Both the position numbers and the translations under genes were made by a program. Positions 1 to 8,689 of a stretch of DNA of 64,000 nucleotides are shown one piece after another. The notes below the pieces were generated by a model, which saw only the letters and a list, made by a program, of their open reading frames with translations, searched no databases and was not told the DNA's origin. The DNA is from an uncultured bacterium. GTDB taxonomy: Bacteria; Planctomycetota; UBA1135; GCA-002686595. Where the stretch lies: positions 320,001 through 384,000 of the forward strand of contig CALSNU010000002.1 of the NCBI GenBank assembly GCA_943787795.1, read 5' to 3'. Positions within the stretch are counted from its first letter, which is position 1. The number at the start of each line of letters is the position of its first letter.

Positions 1-1
1 C

Positions 2-460
2 CGCTCCAGCGGAGAGGCTCGCTCCTACTCGAGCTCGACCCAGACGCTCCCCGAGGCGGAGCGAGAGCCACGCCAGGGACAGTGGCTCGTGGAGTTGGAC
101 CCAGCGCTCTGGCGAGCCAACCTGGCCGGGGCCTTCGCAGCGGAACACGGCGCGGCGCCCCTTGAAGCCCCAGGGCCCGGCGGGTTCCTGGTTGCCCAGG
201 CGCCCCTGGCCCATCCGATGGCCCGCAGCTGGCAGGTCAAAGGCGTCGTCCCCGCCGACCGCAGGCGCGTGCGAGCCCTGCTCCGCGAGCACGCCGTGGG
301 ACCGCTCACCGTGAAGACCCGCCACCACCCCCAGAGCGCCGAGGCCCTCGCCATGCGCTTCCGGTCCTCAGGCTCCAAGGCGGGGCTGCTGGCCGTCACC
401 CGCGTGGCCGGCCGCGCGCTCGCGCTTCTCCTGGAGGAGGGGCTCGACGAGATGCCCTGA
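2..460 (+). CDS. Partial (5'-truncated) THUMP-like domain / SAM-dependent methyltransferase, C-terminal part
   Basis: Frame is open from base 2. LVELDPALWRANL resembles the EPDPAVIRAGL motif of the THUMP-like C-terminus of these methyltransferases. Confidence 0.6.
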   Translation, partial: RSSGEARSYSSSTQTLPEAEREPRQGQWLVELDPALWRANLAGAFAAEHGAAPLEAPGPGGFLVAQAPLAHPMARSWQVKGVVPADRRRVRALLREHAVGPLTVKTRHHPQSAEALAMRFRSSGSKAGLLAVTRVAGRALALLLEEGLDEMP

Positions 461-575
461 CGAGTCCATGAGCGACAGGAGAGCCCCGAGGAAGAGCCCT
501 CGGCAACGGAGGTCCCGATAGCAGAGGACCCAGCCCCACCGACTCCTTCACCAGGTTGATGCAAAAGGAGGCACC

Positions 576-651
576 TGGTGGGCGATGAGGGACTCGAACC
601 CACGACGTCCTCGGTGTAAACGAGGCACTCTACCAACTGAGTTAATCGCCC
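576..651 (-). tRNA. tRNA-Val (anticodon TAC)
   Basis: Reverse complement is GGGCGATTAACTCAGTTGGTAGAGTGCCTCGTTTACACCGAGGACGTCGTGGGTTCGAGTCCCTCATCGCCCACCA: 7-bp acceptor stem, D-loop TGGTA, anticodon loop TTTACAC, TTCGA T-loop and encoded CCA. Confidence 0.97.
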
Positions 652-825
652 TCTGAGGGAACGCCAGCGACCCCATCGGGGTCGAGACCTTGGTTATTCT
701 GCCCCATATCGCGCCCTGAGTTCAGGGGGCGCGGTTCGAAATCCGATGTTCCGATAAGAGTGAAGCTGCACCTCAGCGGCTCTTCCGGTCGGCCCCTGCC
801 ACTCCCCAGTACCGCCCCCCCAATC

Positions 826-2127
826 ATGCGTATCGCAGTCATCGGATCCGGCTATGTCGGCCTCGTCGCAGGAACCTGCTTCGCCGAGAGCGGCAACACC
901 GTCACCTGCATTGACATCGACGAGAAGAAGATCGATGGCCTCCGTAACGGCGTCGTGCCCATCTTCGAGCCGGGGCTCGAGGAGCTGGTCAAGCGCAACG
1001 TCCGCGATGGACGCCTCCACTTCACGACCGACTACTCGGAGGGCATGAAGGACGCCCAGGTGGCGTTCATCGCCGTGGGGACGCCCCCGGGCGAGGACGG
1101 CGGCGCCGACGTCAAGTACGTCCTCGCTGCCGCCGAGAGCATCGCCAAGCACATGACGGGCTACACCGTGGTCGTGGACAAGTCAACGGTCCCCGTCGGC
1201 ACGGCACTGAAGGTGCAGGCGGCCATGGCCCCACACGCCAAGCACGAGTTCGACGTGGTCTCGAACCCGGAGTTCCTCAAGGAGGGAGCCGCCATCGACG
1301 ACTTCCTCAAGCCTGATCGCGTGGTCGTCGGCGCGGATACGGACCGGGCGGCCCGGATCATGACGGAGCTCTACGAGCCGTTCGTCCGTACCGGGAACCC
1401 CATCTTCACCATGGACGTGGCGTCCGCGGAGCTGACCAAGTACGCGGCCAACGCCATGCTCGCCACGCGCATCTCCTTCATGAACGAGATCGCCAACGTC
1501 TGCGAGCGGGTGGGCGCCAACGTGGACAACGTCCGCAAGGGCATCGGTTCGGACGACCGTATCGGCTCCCGCTTCCTCTTCGCCGGGATCGGCTACGGGG
1601 GGTCCTGCTTCCCGAAGGACGTCAAGGCCATCATCCACACGGCGGACAAGAACGACTACGACTTCAGGATCTTGAAGGCCGTGGAGGACGTGAACGCGAC
1701 CCAGAAGCTCCTGATGTTCGAGAAGATCGTGAGGCACTTCGGCGAGGACCTCTCGGGCCTCCGCTTTGCGCTCTGGGGCCTCGCGTTCAAGCCCAACACG
1801 GACGACATGCGCGAGGCGCCCGCCATCGTCCTCTCCCGCGCCCTCCGGGGGGCGGGGGCGACCGTCATTGCCCACGATCCAGAGGCCATGGACGAGGCCC
1901 GGGAGCACTACCTCGGCGACGAGATCGAGTACGCTGAGAGCCCCATGGAAGCCATCCAGGGGGCCGACGCTCTGGTCATCGTGACGGAGTGGAACGAGTT
2001 CCGTCGTCCGGACTTCGAGGCCCTGCGGAGCGGCTTGAAGCAGCCCGTTATTTTCGACGGGAGGAACATCTTCCCGCGAGAGACGCTCGAGGAGCTCGGC
2101 TTCTTCTACGAGGCGCTCGGCCGGTAG
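826..2127 (+). CDS. ugd: UDP-glucose 6-dehydrogenase
   Basis: MRIAVIGSGYVG Rossmann start, KSTVPVGT, SNPEFLKEG, catalytic GYGGSCFPKD and GLAFKPNTDDMRE. Start placed at ATG 826. Confidence 0.95.
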   Translation: MRIAVIGSGYVGLVAGTCFAESGNTVTCIDIDEKKIDGLRNGVVPIFEPGLEELVKRNVRDGRLHFTTDYSEGMKDAQVAFIAVGTPPGEDGGADVKYVLAAAESIAKHMTGYTVVVDKSTVPVGTALKVQAAMAPHAKHEFDVVSNPEFLKEGAAIDDFLKPDRVVVGADTDRAARIMTELYEPFVRTGNPIFTMDVASAELTKYAANAMLATRISFMNEIANVCERVGANVDNVRKGIGSDDRIGSRFLFAGIGYGGSCFPKDVKAIIHTADKNDYDFRILKAVEDVNATQKLLMFEKIVRHFGEDLSGLRFALWGLAFKPNTDDMREAPAIVLSRALRGAGATVIAHDPEAMDEAREHYLGDEIEYAESPMEAIQGADALVIVTEWNEFRRPDFEALRSGLKQPVIFDGRNIFPRETLEELGFFYEALGR

Positions 2128-2196
2128 GCCGCGGCTCCAAGCGCCTGAGCCCGCGTGCGGGCGTGCCAGCGGGCGCCCTCGGCGCAGCTAGCGGCT

Positions 2197-2349
2197 TGAA
2201 ACGACAAGGCGGCCCGTTCCCGAAGGAACGAGCCGCCTCTTGATGTCGTGGCTATGACTGAGAGCACTCCTCACCCCGGCGCTGAACTCGATCAGGTGGT
2301 GTGAACCTCACCGAACGCTGGTGCGTCTTGTGTCCTCGATCAACGTGAT
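2197..2349 (-). ncRNA. Candidate small RNA (~150 nt), unclassified
   Basis: Lies between an ECF-type promoter (2355-2381) and a UUCG terminator. No convincing ORF. Carries an internally duplicated TGATCGAG...CAGCG...GGTGAGG motif. Confidence 0.4.
2201..2249 (-). terminator. Intrinsic terminator hairpin (UUCG loop on the minus strand)
   Basis: Minus strand reads AGGCGGCTCGTTCC-TTCG-GGAACGGGCCGCCT followed by TGTCGTTTC. It lies between convergent transcription units. Confidence 0.7.
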
Positions 2350-2354
2350 ACGTA

Positions 2355-2381
2355 TTACGTCGCCGGAAACCCACTGATTCC
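2355..2381 (-). promoter_or_regulatory. ECF sigma-type promoter GGAAT-N17-CGTAA
   Basis: Minus strand GGAAT cagtgggtttccggcga CGTAA with an upstream T-tract (A-run at 2395-2402 on the + strand). Matches the general ECF -35 GGAA(C/T) / -10 CGT pattern. Confidence 0.5.
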
Positions 2382-2403
2382 GGAACGTTCATCCAAAAAA
2401 AAT

Positions 2404-3018
2404 TCAGCGGCGCTTCGAAGCCAACGTGCGCAACCATCGCGCGGCGCGCTGCCCTTCGTCGGTCTGTTGCGCCGCCAAGGCCTGCAGTTTCGCGCGCGCG
2501 ACGTCCTTCAATTCAATGAACGTCGACGACCATTGGATGCAACGAGCGACGTCAACGTTCGACTCTGCGGCGAGCAGCGCGCGGGACAGTAGCGCCGGGT
2601 CATCGCAGCGCGTGATCAGGTCACGCAGCGCTAGCGCTGCGCTGCACTCGCCGAGCTCGAGGCGAAGCCGAGCGGCCCACAGCGCCGCGTGATCCGCGTC
2701 TTGGCCGCGCGCGCGCGCGGCGGCGGCCACCGCCCGGTACCCATCCAACGCGGCGCATACATCGCCCCGTCGCCTGGCCTCATGTGCCAACGCGAGTCGA
2801 TGACGCCAGGTACGCCACGGAACCGCCACGGCGACCTGGATCGGTTCCACTTCACGGCGCCGTGGCTGCGGCCTCGGCTCCCTGGGCGGCGCCGAGAGCT
2901 CGACAAGGGCCAGGCTCAACCCGGCGATGACGACCACGCCCAGCGTCCCCCTCAGTCGATGGACTAGCAGCCATCGACTCGGTCGAACCAGGTTCGATGA
3001 GTGCCCCTTCGAGTCCAT
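2404..3018 (-). CDS. Hypothetical membrane-anchored helical (TPR-like) protein, possible anti-sigma partner
   Basis: Starts 8 nt after the ECF stop. One hydrophobic segment (LGVVVIAGLSLALV) followed by Ala-rich helical repeats. Confidence 0.5.
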   Translation of the reverse strand: MDSKGHSSNLVRPSRWLLVHRLRGTLGVVVIAGLSLALVELSAPPREPRPQPRRREVEPIQVAVAVPWRTWRHRLALAHEARRRGDVCAALDGYRAVAAAARARGQDADHAALWAARLRLELGECSAALALRDLITRCDDPALLSRALLAAESNVDVARCIQWSSTFIELKDVARAKLQALAAQQTDEGQRAARWLRTLASKRR

Positions 3019-3026
3019 CTCGGAGC

Positions 3027-3707
3027 TCAGCTCCGAGCGAGGTGCTCAAGAACCGCCGCGTGGAGCCGCCGCCGAGCCCGGAAGAGCCGCACCTTCACCA
3101 GCTGGCGACTCACAGAGCAGGCGGCGGCCGCGGCGGCGGTGCTGCCCCCCTCTGCGTAGAAGGCAGCGAGCACGACACGGTCGCGCTCCAGGAGGGTCCC
3201 CCAGACCGCACGAACTGCAGCGGTGAGGTCCTCGCCATCCACCTCTTGCCCGTCGACCAGGTAGAGGTCCGGCTCCGCCAGGTCCCCCGGCACGGCCTCC
3301 GTCCCCGGAATGAGCAGGAACGTCGCGTGCTCCGGAGGGCTCGAGTGCTGCCAGGATTCCTTCCTCGCGTGATCAAGATGAACGTTGGCAGCGATCTGGA
3401 GCAACCACGACACCGGTCGCTGGACCCGATGAAAGTGCTCTCCTTGGCGGGCGGCGCGCAGGAGCGTCTCCTGAACCAGGTCCTCGGCCTGGTGTTCGTC
3501 GCGGCAACGCCGCTTCAAGAAGGACAGCACGGAGGGCCGCAACGCCACCAGCTGGTCCCAACAGCGCGAGCCTGTGGCCGATGGAGTCGCTCGCCCGGTG
3601 TCGGCGGACCGGCCATGGGCTGGATGGGCACGACGTGAAGCTGGCGTTGACCTGGGGCGCGACGGTGCTTCAGCAGAGCGCGGGACGGGGAGTGTAAGTC
3701 TGGACAT
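3027..3707 (-). CDS. ECF-family RNA polymerase sigma-70 factor
   Basis: Region 2 AEDLVQETLLRA...SWLLQIAANVHLDHARK and region 4 ...VKVRLFRARRRL. Start uncertain; ATG 3707 chosen. Confidence 0.85.
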   Translation of the reverse strand: MSRLTLPVPRSAEAPSRPRSTPASRRAHPAHGRSADTGRATPSATGSRCWDQLVALRPSVLSFLKRRCRDEHQAEDLVQETLLRAARQGEHFHRVQRPVSWLLQIAANVHLDHARKESWQHSSPPEHATFLLIPGTEAVPGDLAEPDLYLVDGQEVDGEDLTAAVRAVWGTLLERDRVVLAAFYAEGGSTAAAAAACSVSRQLVKVRLFRARRRLHAAVLEHLARS

Positions 3708-3958
3708 GAGGCTCTTGGGAGAGGGCTTGACGACCACGAGCCGAGCGCGCCCTGCGGACGCTGCCGGTTCAGCCGGCCCCCGCTCGGCCGCGGATCCAGG
3801 TTCAAGACAGCATCTCCAGCGCAGCGGCATCGCCGGCGCCCCCCATGTGGAGAACTCCACGCCGCTCTGCCGCCCAACGAAGCACGGAAGGTCTGCGCGG
3901 CCATCCGAGGCGCGCCGGAGGCGTCGGACCTCTCCGGTACGGCATTCGCCGCCAATAG

Positions 3959-3995
3959 GGCGAGGCCGCCCCCGGTCACCGGGGGCGGCCTCGCC
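3959..3995. repeat. Perfect GC-rich palindrome (18-bp arms), terminator/REP-like
   Basis: GGCGAGGCCGCCCCCGGT-C-ACCGGGGGCGGCCTCGCC, downstream of the TPR gene. Confidence 0.7.
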
Positions 3996-4059
3996 GCTGG
4001 CAGGGTCAACGCCTGCTAGTCCCGAATCGACCGGAACGCTGGCTTTCTTGCGGATCAGA

Positions 4060-5190
4060 TCAGTTCCGGCGGCGGAACTGGCGGGCCGAGTCCGACCAGC
4101 GAGAGCCTCGGAAGTTCCGCGTCACGAAGTTGAAGAGGCGATCGGACTGCTCCTTGGCCAGCTCTCCACCCAGCTCCTGAATGCAGCGGCCGGCGTAGAA
4201 GGCCGACTGCGGGACGTAGGCCAGCTCGGCGGGGTAGAGCACGACCACGCGCATGAAGGCGAGCTGGGCACGATTGAAGAGCGGTCCGGCCGTCTCGGCG
4301 TTGCCCGCCGCGGCCATGGTCTCGGCCCTGCGGAACAGGCACTCCCCGAGGCCGCACCACGCGGCGGCCAGGGTGCGGTCGTCGGCGTTGGGTGACTCGG
4401 TGACGCCCTCAAAGCCCTCCTCAGCCTCCTCGAAGGCGCCGCGCGCCTTCATCGATTCGGCGATCGCAACGTCAGCACGATTGGCGACGGTCGGGAAGAC
4501 CGCGGCTTCGGTCGAGACCCGATCCAGCGCCGACTCGAGCCCGGTGCCGCTGAGCGACTCGTCCGAGAGGACCGCGCGGAGCCTGTGCTCCAGCTTCCAT
4601 CGCTGGGCCAAACCACGCTCCTCTACGAGAGCACCGAAGGCCGCGGCCGAGGCCTTCGCGCCAGCCCGGTCGCCGTGGATCAGCTGCGCCTCGATCTTCT
4701 TGATGAAGGAGAGCGGCACGTAGCGGGAGTCAGGATAGGTGGCCACCAGCTCGTCGACCGCCGCGACCATGGACTGGATGGACTCCTCAGAGTTCAGCTG
4801 CTCGAAGAGCTCGATCAACCGGTACTGGGAGTAGGCCGCAGCCCAGGGGTGCTTGCGATCGCCCCGCTCGCCGAGACCCCCGAGGTAGGTCTGGTAGCCG
4901 CTGATGGCGCCGAGCAGCGCGCCGTTGGCCGCGTCCACCTCGGCGGCAGCCACGTCCTCAGGTCGCTCGGTGAACTCGACCCGCAGGACCAGTTCCGAGT
5001 CGACCTCGGCTTCTCCGCGGCCCTTCTCCGGCTTGTAGGTCACCAGCTCGAGGGTCTCGGAGACCACGTCCACGTTGTCGACGATGGAGCCGTCGGCCTT
5101 GTAGATACGGTCCGGGGCGGCGGACGCGTTGGGAGCGGCGACGACGGCCAGGGCGGCCAGGAGGGTCGAGGAGGTGATTCGGGTCATCAT
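4060..5190 (-). CDS. Secreted TPR-like protein
   Basis: Signal peptide (LLAALAVVAAPNASA), then helical repeats such as AWCGLGECL and AQLAFMRVVVLYP...AFYAGRC. Confidence 0.75.
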   Translation of the reverse strand: MMTRITSSTLLAALAVVAAPNASAAPDRIYKADGSIVDNVDVVSETLELVTYKPEKGRGEAEVDSELVLRVEFTERPEDVAAAEVDAANGALLGAISGYQTYLGGLGERGDRKHPWAAAYSQYRLIELFEQLNSEESIQSMVAAVDELVATYPDSRYVPLSFIKKIEAQLIHGDRAGAKASAAAFGALVEERGLAQRWKLEHRLRAVLSDESLSGTGLESALDRVSTEAAVFPTVANRADVAIAESMKARGAFEEAEEGFEGVTESPNADDRTLAAAWCGLGECLFRRAETMAAAGNAETAGPLFNRAQLAFMRVVVLYPAELAYVPQSAFYAGRCIQELGGELAKEQSDRLFNFVTRNFRGSRWSDSARQFRRRN

Positions 5191-5318
5191 GAAAACCATC
5201 GAACGGCATAGCGGGCGGCGTGCCCGCGGTGACGAGATCGGGGCAGGAGGATGGGCGGAATCGGCCGACCTGTCAACGTGAGCCGGCCCCCAAGGCGGCC
5301 AGACCGGGTCAGATCAGC

Positions 5319-5873
5319 TCAGACACACATGGCGGTCGACACCTCGAGCGCCCGCTCAGCCCCGACCAGCTCACCAGCGACCGCCAGGGCAAACTCGACG
5401 GAGGAGCCGGGGCCCAGGCTGGTGAGGACCGTCCCGTCCTGAACCACTCTCGCGTCCGAGGCGACGGCCCCAGCGGCGATGAGCTCGTCGCGAACGCTGG
5501 GATGACAGGTCATCCGCCGCCCCTCCACGGCCCCTGCCCGCACCAGGACCAGCGGCGCGGCGCACACGGCAGCCACCAGCTGACCTCCCGCCAGAAGGCT
5601 CTGGACCGCGCTGATGACGCGCTCATCGGATCGCAGCCGCTCCATACCGCCCATGCCGCCGGGGAGCACGAGCGCGTCCACGGGCTGCACAAGCGCCTCT
5701 TCGAGTCCAAGCTCGGCCATCAGGGTGACCCCTCGGGAGGCCCGCACTGGACCCGATCCATCGAGGCCCGCCACGACGACCTCAAGGCCCGCCCGCCGCA
5801 GGACGTCGATGACGATGACCGCCTCCATCTCCTCGACCCCCTCCGCCAGAGGCACCACAACACGCTTGCTCAT
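5319..5873 (-). CDS. DJ-1/PfpI family protein (YajL/ThiJ-like)
   Basis: GVEEMEA..IDVLRRAG, LVLPGGMGG, catalytic AVCAAP and TSLGPGSS. Confidence 0.93.
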   Translation of the reverse strand: MSKRVVVPLAEGVEEMEAVIVIDVLRRAGLEVVVAGLDGSGPVRASRGVTLMAELGLEEALVQPVDALVLPGGMGGMERLRSDERVISAVQSLLAGGQLVAAVCAAPLVLVRAGAVEGRRMTCHPSVRDELIAAGAVASDARVVQDGTVLTSLGPGSSVEFALAVAGELVGAERALEVSTAMCV

Positions 5874-5931
5874 GGCGTGAGGATAGACGGGTCGGCGCAG
5901 CGGCGCCCGCCCTCACGTCAGCTTGCGACCC

Positions 5932-7773
5932 TCAGGCAGCCCGCCGAGCTGCGGAGGAGGCGCCAAAGACAGCGTCCCCCCAAAGGGCGAGGTTCCCGAG
6001 CAACCAGGTCAGCCGCCAGTGAGCCTGGGGGTCGCCGGCAACCGCCTGGAGCACCTCAGGCTCCACCCACTCCGCGAGGAATCCGGAGGCGGCGATCTCG
6101 TCCTTCACCGGCGCACACCAGGTCTCGAAGGGCAAGGGGAAGGACGCCTTCGGCCGCTTCTCGACCCGCTCTGGGATGGCGCCGCTGAAGGCTCGGCGCA
6201 GGATGACCTTCGAGCTCGAAGCCCCGGCCTTCCCGGCGATGAACTTCTCGGCCATGGGGAGCGACTCCGCGTAGCGGGCGACCTCCACGTCAGCGAAGGG
6301 GGTCCGCCCTTCGATGCCGTGGCGCATGGTGGCCCCGTCCAGTCGCTCCAGCAGGGAGCTGAGGTTGAAGCGGCGCTGAAGCTGGAGGTGAGCGTCGAGC
6401 GCGCTGCCCCCGACCCGCATCTGGGCCTCGCTCAGGGCGTACGCGCGCTCGTAGGCGTTCACGACGAACTCTGACTGTCCCGCTGCGTCGCCGCGGAGGA
6501 GCCCGTCCTGGGCTCCTGGAGACACCCAGGCCGTGGCCTCGAGGTGGAAACGAGCGGCCCCGATCGGGGGGGCCGAGAGATGACCGTGAGCCGCGTAGGC
6601 CGAGAGCACCGCGTCGTAGCCGCCGAAGAGCTCGTCGGCCCCCTCTCCGGAGAGCGCCACGCGCGCCCCCGACTCCCGGACGGAGGCAGCCAGCCGCGAG
6701 ATCGCGACCTCGTTTGGCGTGGAGAGCGGCTGGCCCAGGTGGGCCACATGCTCGCGCCAGGCTCCCATGAAGTCGGCCGCTTGAAGGTGAACATCGTGGT
6801 GCCGGGTCCCGAGCTCCCCGGCCAGGGTGCGCGCCTCGGCGGGATCCGGGCTGACCTCCACGCCGCCGTCGACGCCGGAGGCACACCAGGTCGCCAGGTC
6901 GTCACGCTGTGCCGCGATGATCGAGGCGATGATCGTGCTATCGAGGCCGCCGGAGAGCATCGCGCACACCGGGACGTCGCTCACCAGGTGCGCCAGAACC
7001 GAGTCGGTGACCACGGACCGGCAGACCTCGGGGTCCGGGTCAGCGGGCGCTGCGCCGAAGAGCAGTCCAGGCGTGTAGAGCTGCACCGGCCGGGGGCGCC
7101 GCTTGCAGAGGTCAACCTGAAGCGTCTCCCCTGGTTGGACCGCCTCGACGCCCTCGAACAGGGTCCGGCCCGCCATGGTCCTGCGGCTCGTGGCGAGGTA
7201 GGTGGAGAACATCTCCATGTCCGGGGCGACGCGCACCCTGGGATGCGCCACGAGGGCCCGCGCCTCGCTCGCGAACGCGAGGCCCGTGGGCGTCGACGCC
7301 CAGACCAGAGGCTTGACGCCGAGCGGGTCACGGGAGAGCAGGGCCGTCCGGGTCTCGAGGTCGACGAAGGCCAGCGCGAACATGCCCCGCATGGACCCGA
7401 TCGCTCCTCGGCCCCCGAGCGTCAGCGCCCAGAGCACCGTCTCCGCGTCGCAGGCCGTCTGAAAGCCCGCTCCGCCCGTCGCCTGGAGGACCGCTGGCTC
7501 GAGCGATGCCCGGAGCTCTGCGTCGTTGTAGAGCTCGCCGTTGTAGACGAGGGCGTACCGCCCACAGGGCGTCGTGATCGGCTGTGCGGCCGCGCCGTTG
7601 CGGGGATCACGCACGGCGAGCCGCGTATGACCCAGGAGAACGTTCTCACCGCGCCATAGCCCGCGGCCGTCCGGGCCGCGGTGATCCAGCTCAGCCAGCC
7701 AGCGCTCGGCCTGAGCGTCCGTCAGACCTACCGCCTCTCCGCGAGCCGTCACCTCTCCAAGAATTCCGCACAT
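5932..7773 (-). CDS. asnB: Asparagine synthase (glutamine-hydrolysing) family amidotransferase
   Basis: N-terminal MCGI, HRGPDG, YNGELYN, LSGGLDS and SGEGADELFGGY. Confidence 0.9.
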   Translation of the reverse strand: MCGILGEVTARGEAVGLTDAQAERWLAELDHRGPDGRGLWRGENVLLGHTRLAVRDPRNGAAAQPITTPCGRYALVYNGELYNDAELRASLEPAVLQATGGAGFQTACDAETVLWALTLGGRGAIGSMRGMFALAFVDLETRTALLSRDPLGVKPLVWASTPTGLAFASEARALVAHPRVRVAPDMEMFSTYLATSRRTMAGRTLFEGVEAVQPGETLQVDLCKRRPRPVQLYTPGLLFGAAPADPDPEVCRSVVTDSVLAHLVSDVPVCAMLSGGLDSTIIASIIAAQRDDLATWCASGVDGGVEVSPDPAEARTLAGELGTRHHDVHLQAADFMGAWREHVAHLGQPLSTPNEVAISRLAASVRESGARVALSGEGADELFGGYDAVLSAYAAHGHLSAPPIGAARFHLEATAWVSPGAQDGLLRGDAAGQSEFVVNAYERAYALSEAQMRVGGSALDAHLQLQRRFNLSSLLERLDGATMRHGIEGRTPFADVEVARYAESLPMAEKFIAGKAGASSSKVILRRAFSGAIPERVEKRPKASFPLPFETWCAPVKDEIAASGFLAEWVEPEVLQAVAGDPQAHWRLTWLLGNLALWGDAVFGASSAARRAA

Positions 7774-7886
7774 TGCCCCAGTCATCGGCTGGATCCCCTC
7801 GGAGGATGAGCGATCCGCGCTGAACCCCGCCAACAGGCGCGCCCTCGAGGCCTATGAGGGTGTCCAGGCCGCTGAAGGTGGGCTCC

Positions 7887-8654
7887 TCAGCGCCTCGGAC
7901 GAGCCACGACGAGCACGTGGAAGCCGAGGAGTGAGAGGCCAGGGACGGCGCAGAGGACCCGATCGATCCCGATGAAGAGCCTCGTCAGGAGCGCAGAGCC
8001 CGGGATAAACCGGAGCGCGCCGAGGTGATCGGGGAAGCCAGCGAAGACGTAGGCGAGGACGCCGAACTTCTTGGTCTTTAGGACCTCCATCCCGGCCTGC
8101 TCGGTCAGCTCCACGATCCCCTTGCGGGTGAAGCCCTGGTCCCCGACGTCAAAGTGGGGGCTCTTGCGGTACATCACCGCCCGGGCGAAGCGGATGAGCG
8201 GGTTGTCGTTGCAGGGCTCGCTCATGACGAGCAGGCCATCGTCGGTGAGCATGTCCTCGCAGCTCTCGAGGAAGCCCACGTGGTCACGCATGTGGTGCAG
8301 GCTGCCCTTGCAGAAGACCACGTCGAAGGCCGCCTCCCGGAAGGGCATGTGTTCTGCATCAGCCGTCACGAGCCGCGCGTTCGGAACGTACGCCTCGCTC
8401 ACCTTCAGCATCTCGTGACTGATGTCGAGGCCGACGGCTCCGGGTCGCTGCGCCTCGAGCTCGGCGAGGAAGAACCCGGTCCCGCACCCGATGTCCAGGA
8501 GCCGCGTGGCGGACGCCGGGGCATGGCGGATCATCTCCGCGTGCCACTCCTCCTGGAAGAGGCGGCTGAAGGCGAACGAGTATCGATACGCGTAGCGCGG
8601 CGCGAGCGCGCGGTGGAGCTCGATCTGCGCCTGGGCGTTGGAGTCGCTCGACAT
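7887..8654 (-). CDS. Class I SAM-dependent methyltransferase
   Basis: LLDIGCGTG, GLDISHEML and ADAEHMPF..AFDVV. Confidence 0.9.
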   Translation of the reverse strand: MSSDSNAQAQIELHRALAPRYAYRYSFAFSRLFQEEWHAEMIRHAPASATRLLDIGCGTGFFLAELEAQRPGAVGLDISHEMLKVSEAYVPNARLVTADAEHMPFREAAFDVVFCKGSLHHMRDHVGFLESCEDMLTDDGLLVMSEPCNDNPLIRFARAVMYRKSPHFDVGDQGFTRKGIVELTEQAGMEVLKTKKFGVLAYVFAGFPDHLGALRFIPGSALLTRLFIGIDRVLCAVPGLSLLGFHVLVVARPRR

Positions 8655-8689
8655 GACGGTCGAAGTCTACCCGGCCCGCCCTGTCCGGG

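Noticed and set aside
576..651. tRNA-Val as a prophage or island integration site
   Set aside because: No integrase and no duplicated tRNA 3' end seen in the window.
730..746. GGTTCGAAATCC resembling a tRNA T-arm
   Set aside because: The loop is one base too long and there is no cloverleaf around it.
3708..4059. Riboswitch in the long leader of the ECF gene
   Set aside because: Only a GC-rich palindrome is evident, and no conserved riboswitch core could be matched by eye.
5932..7773. AsnB-like protein as a lasso peptide cyclase
   Set aside because: It retains an intact N-terminal Cys glutaminase domain, and no B1/B2 genes or precursor are nearby.
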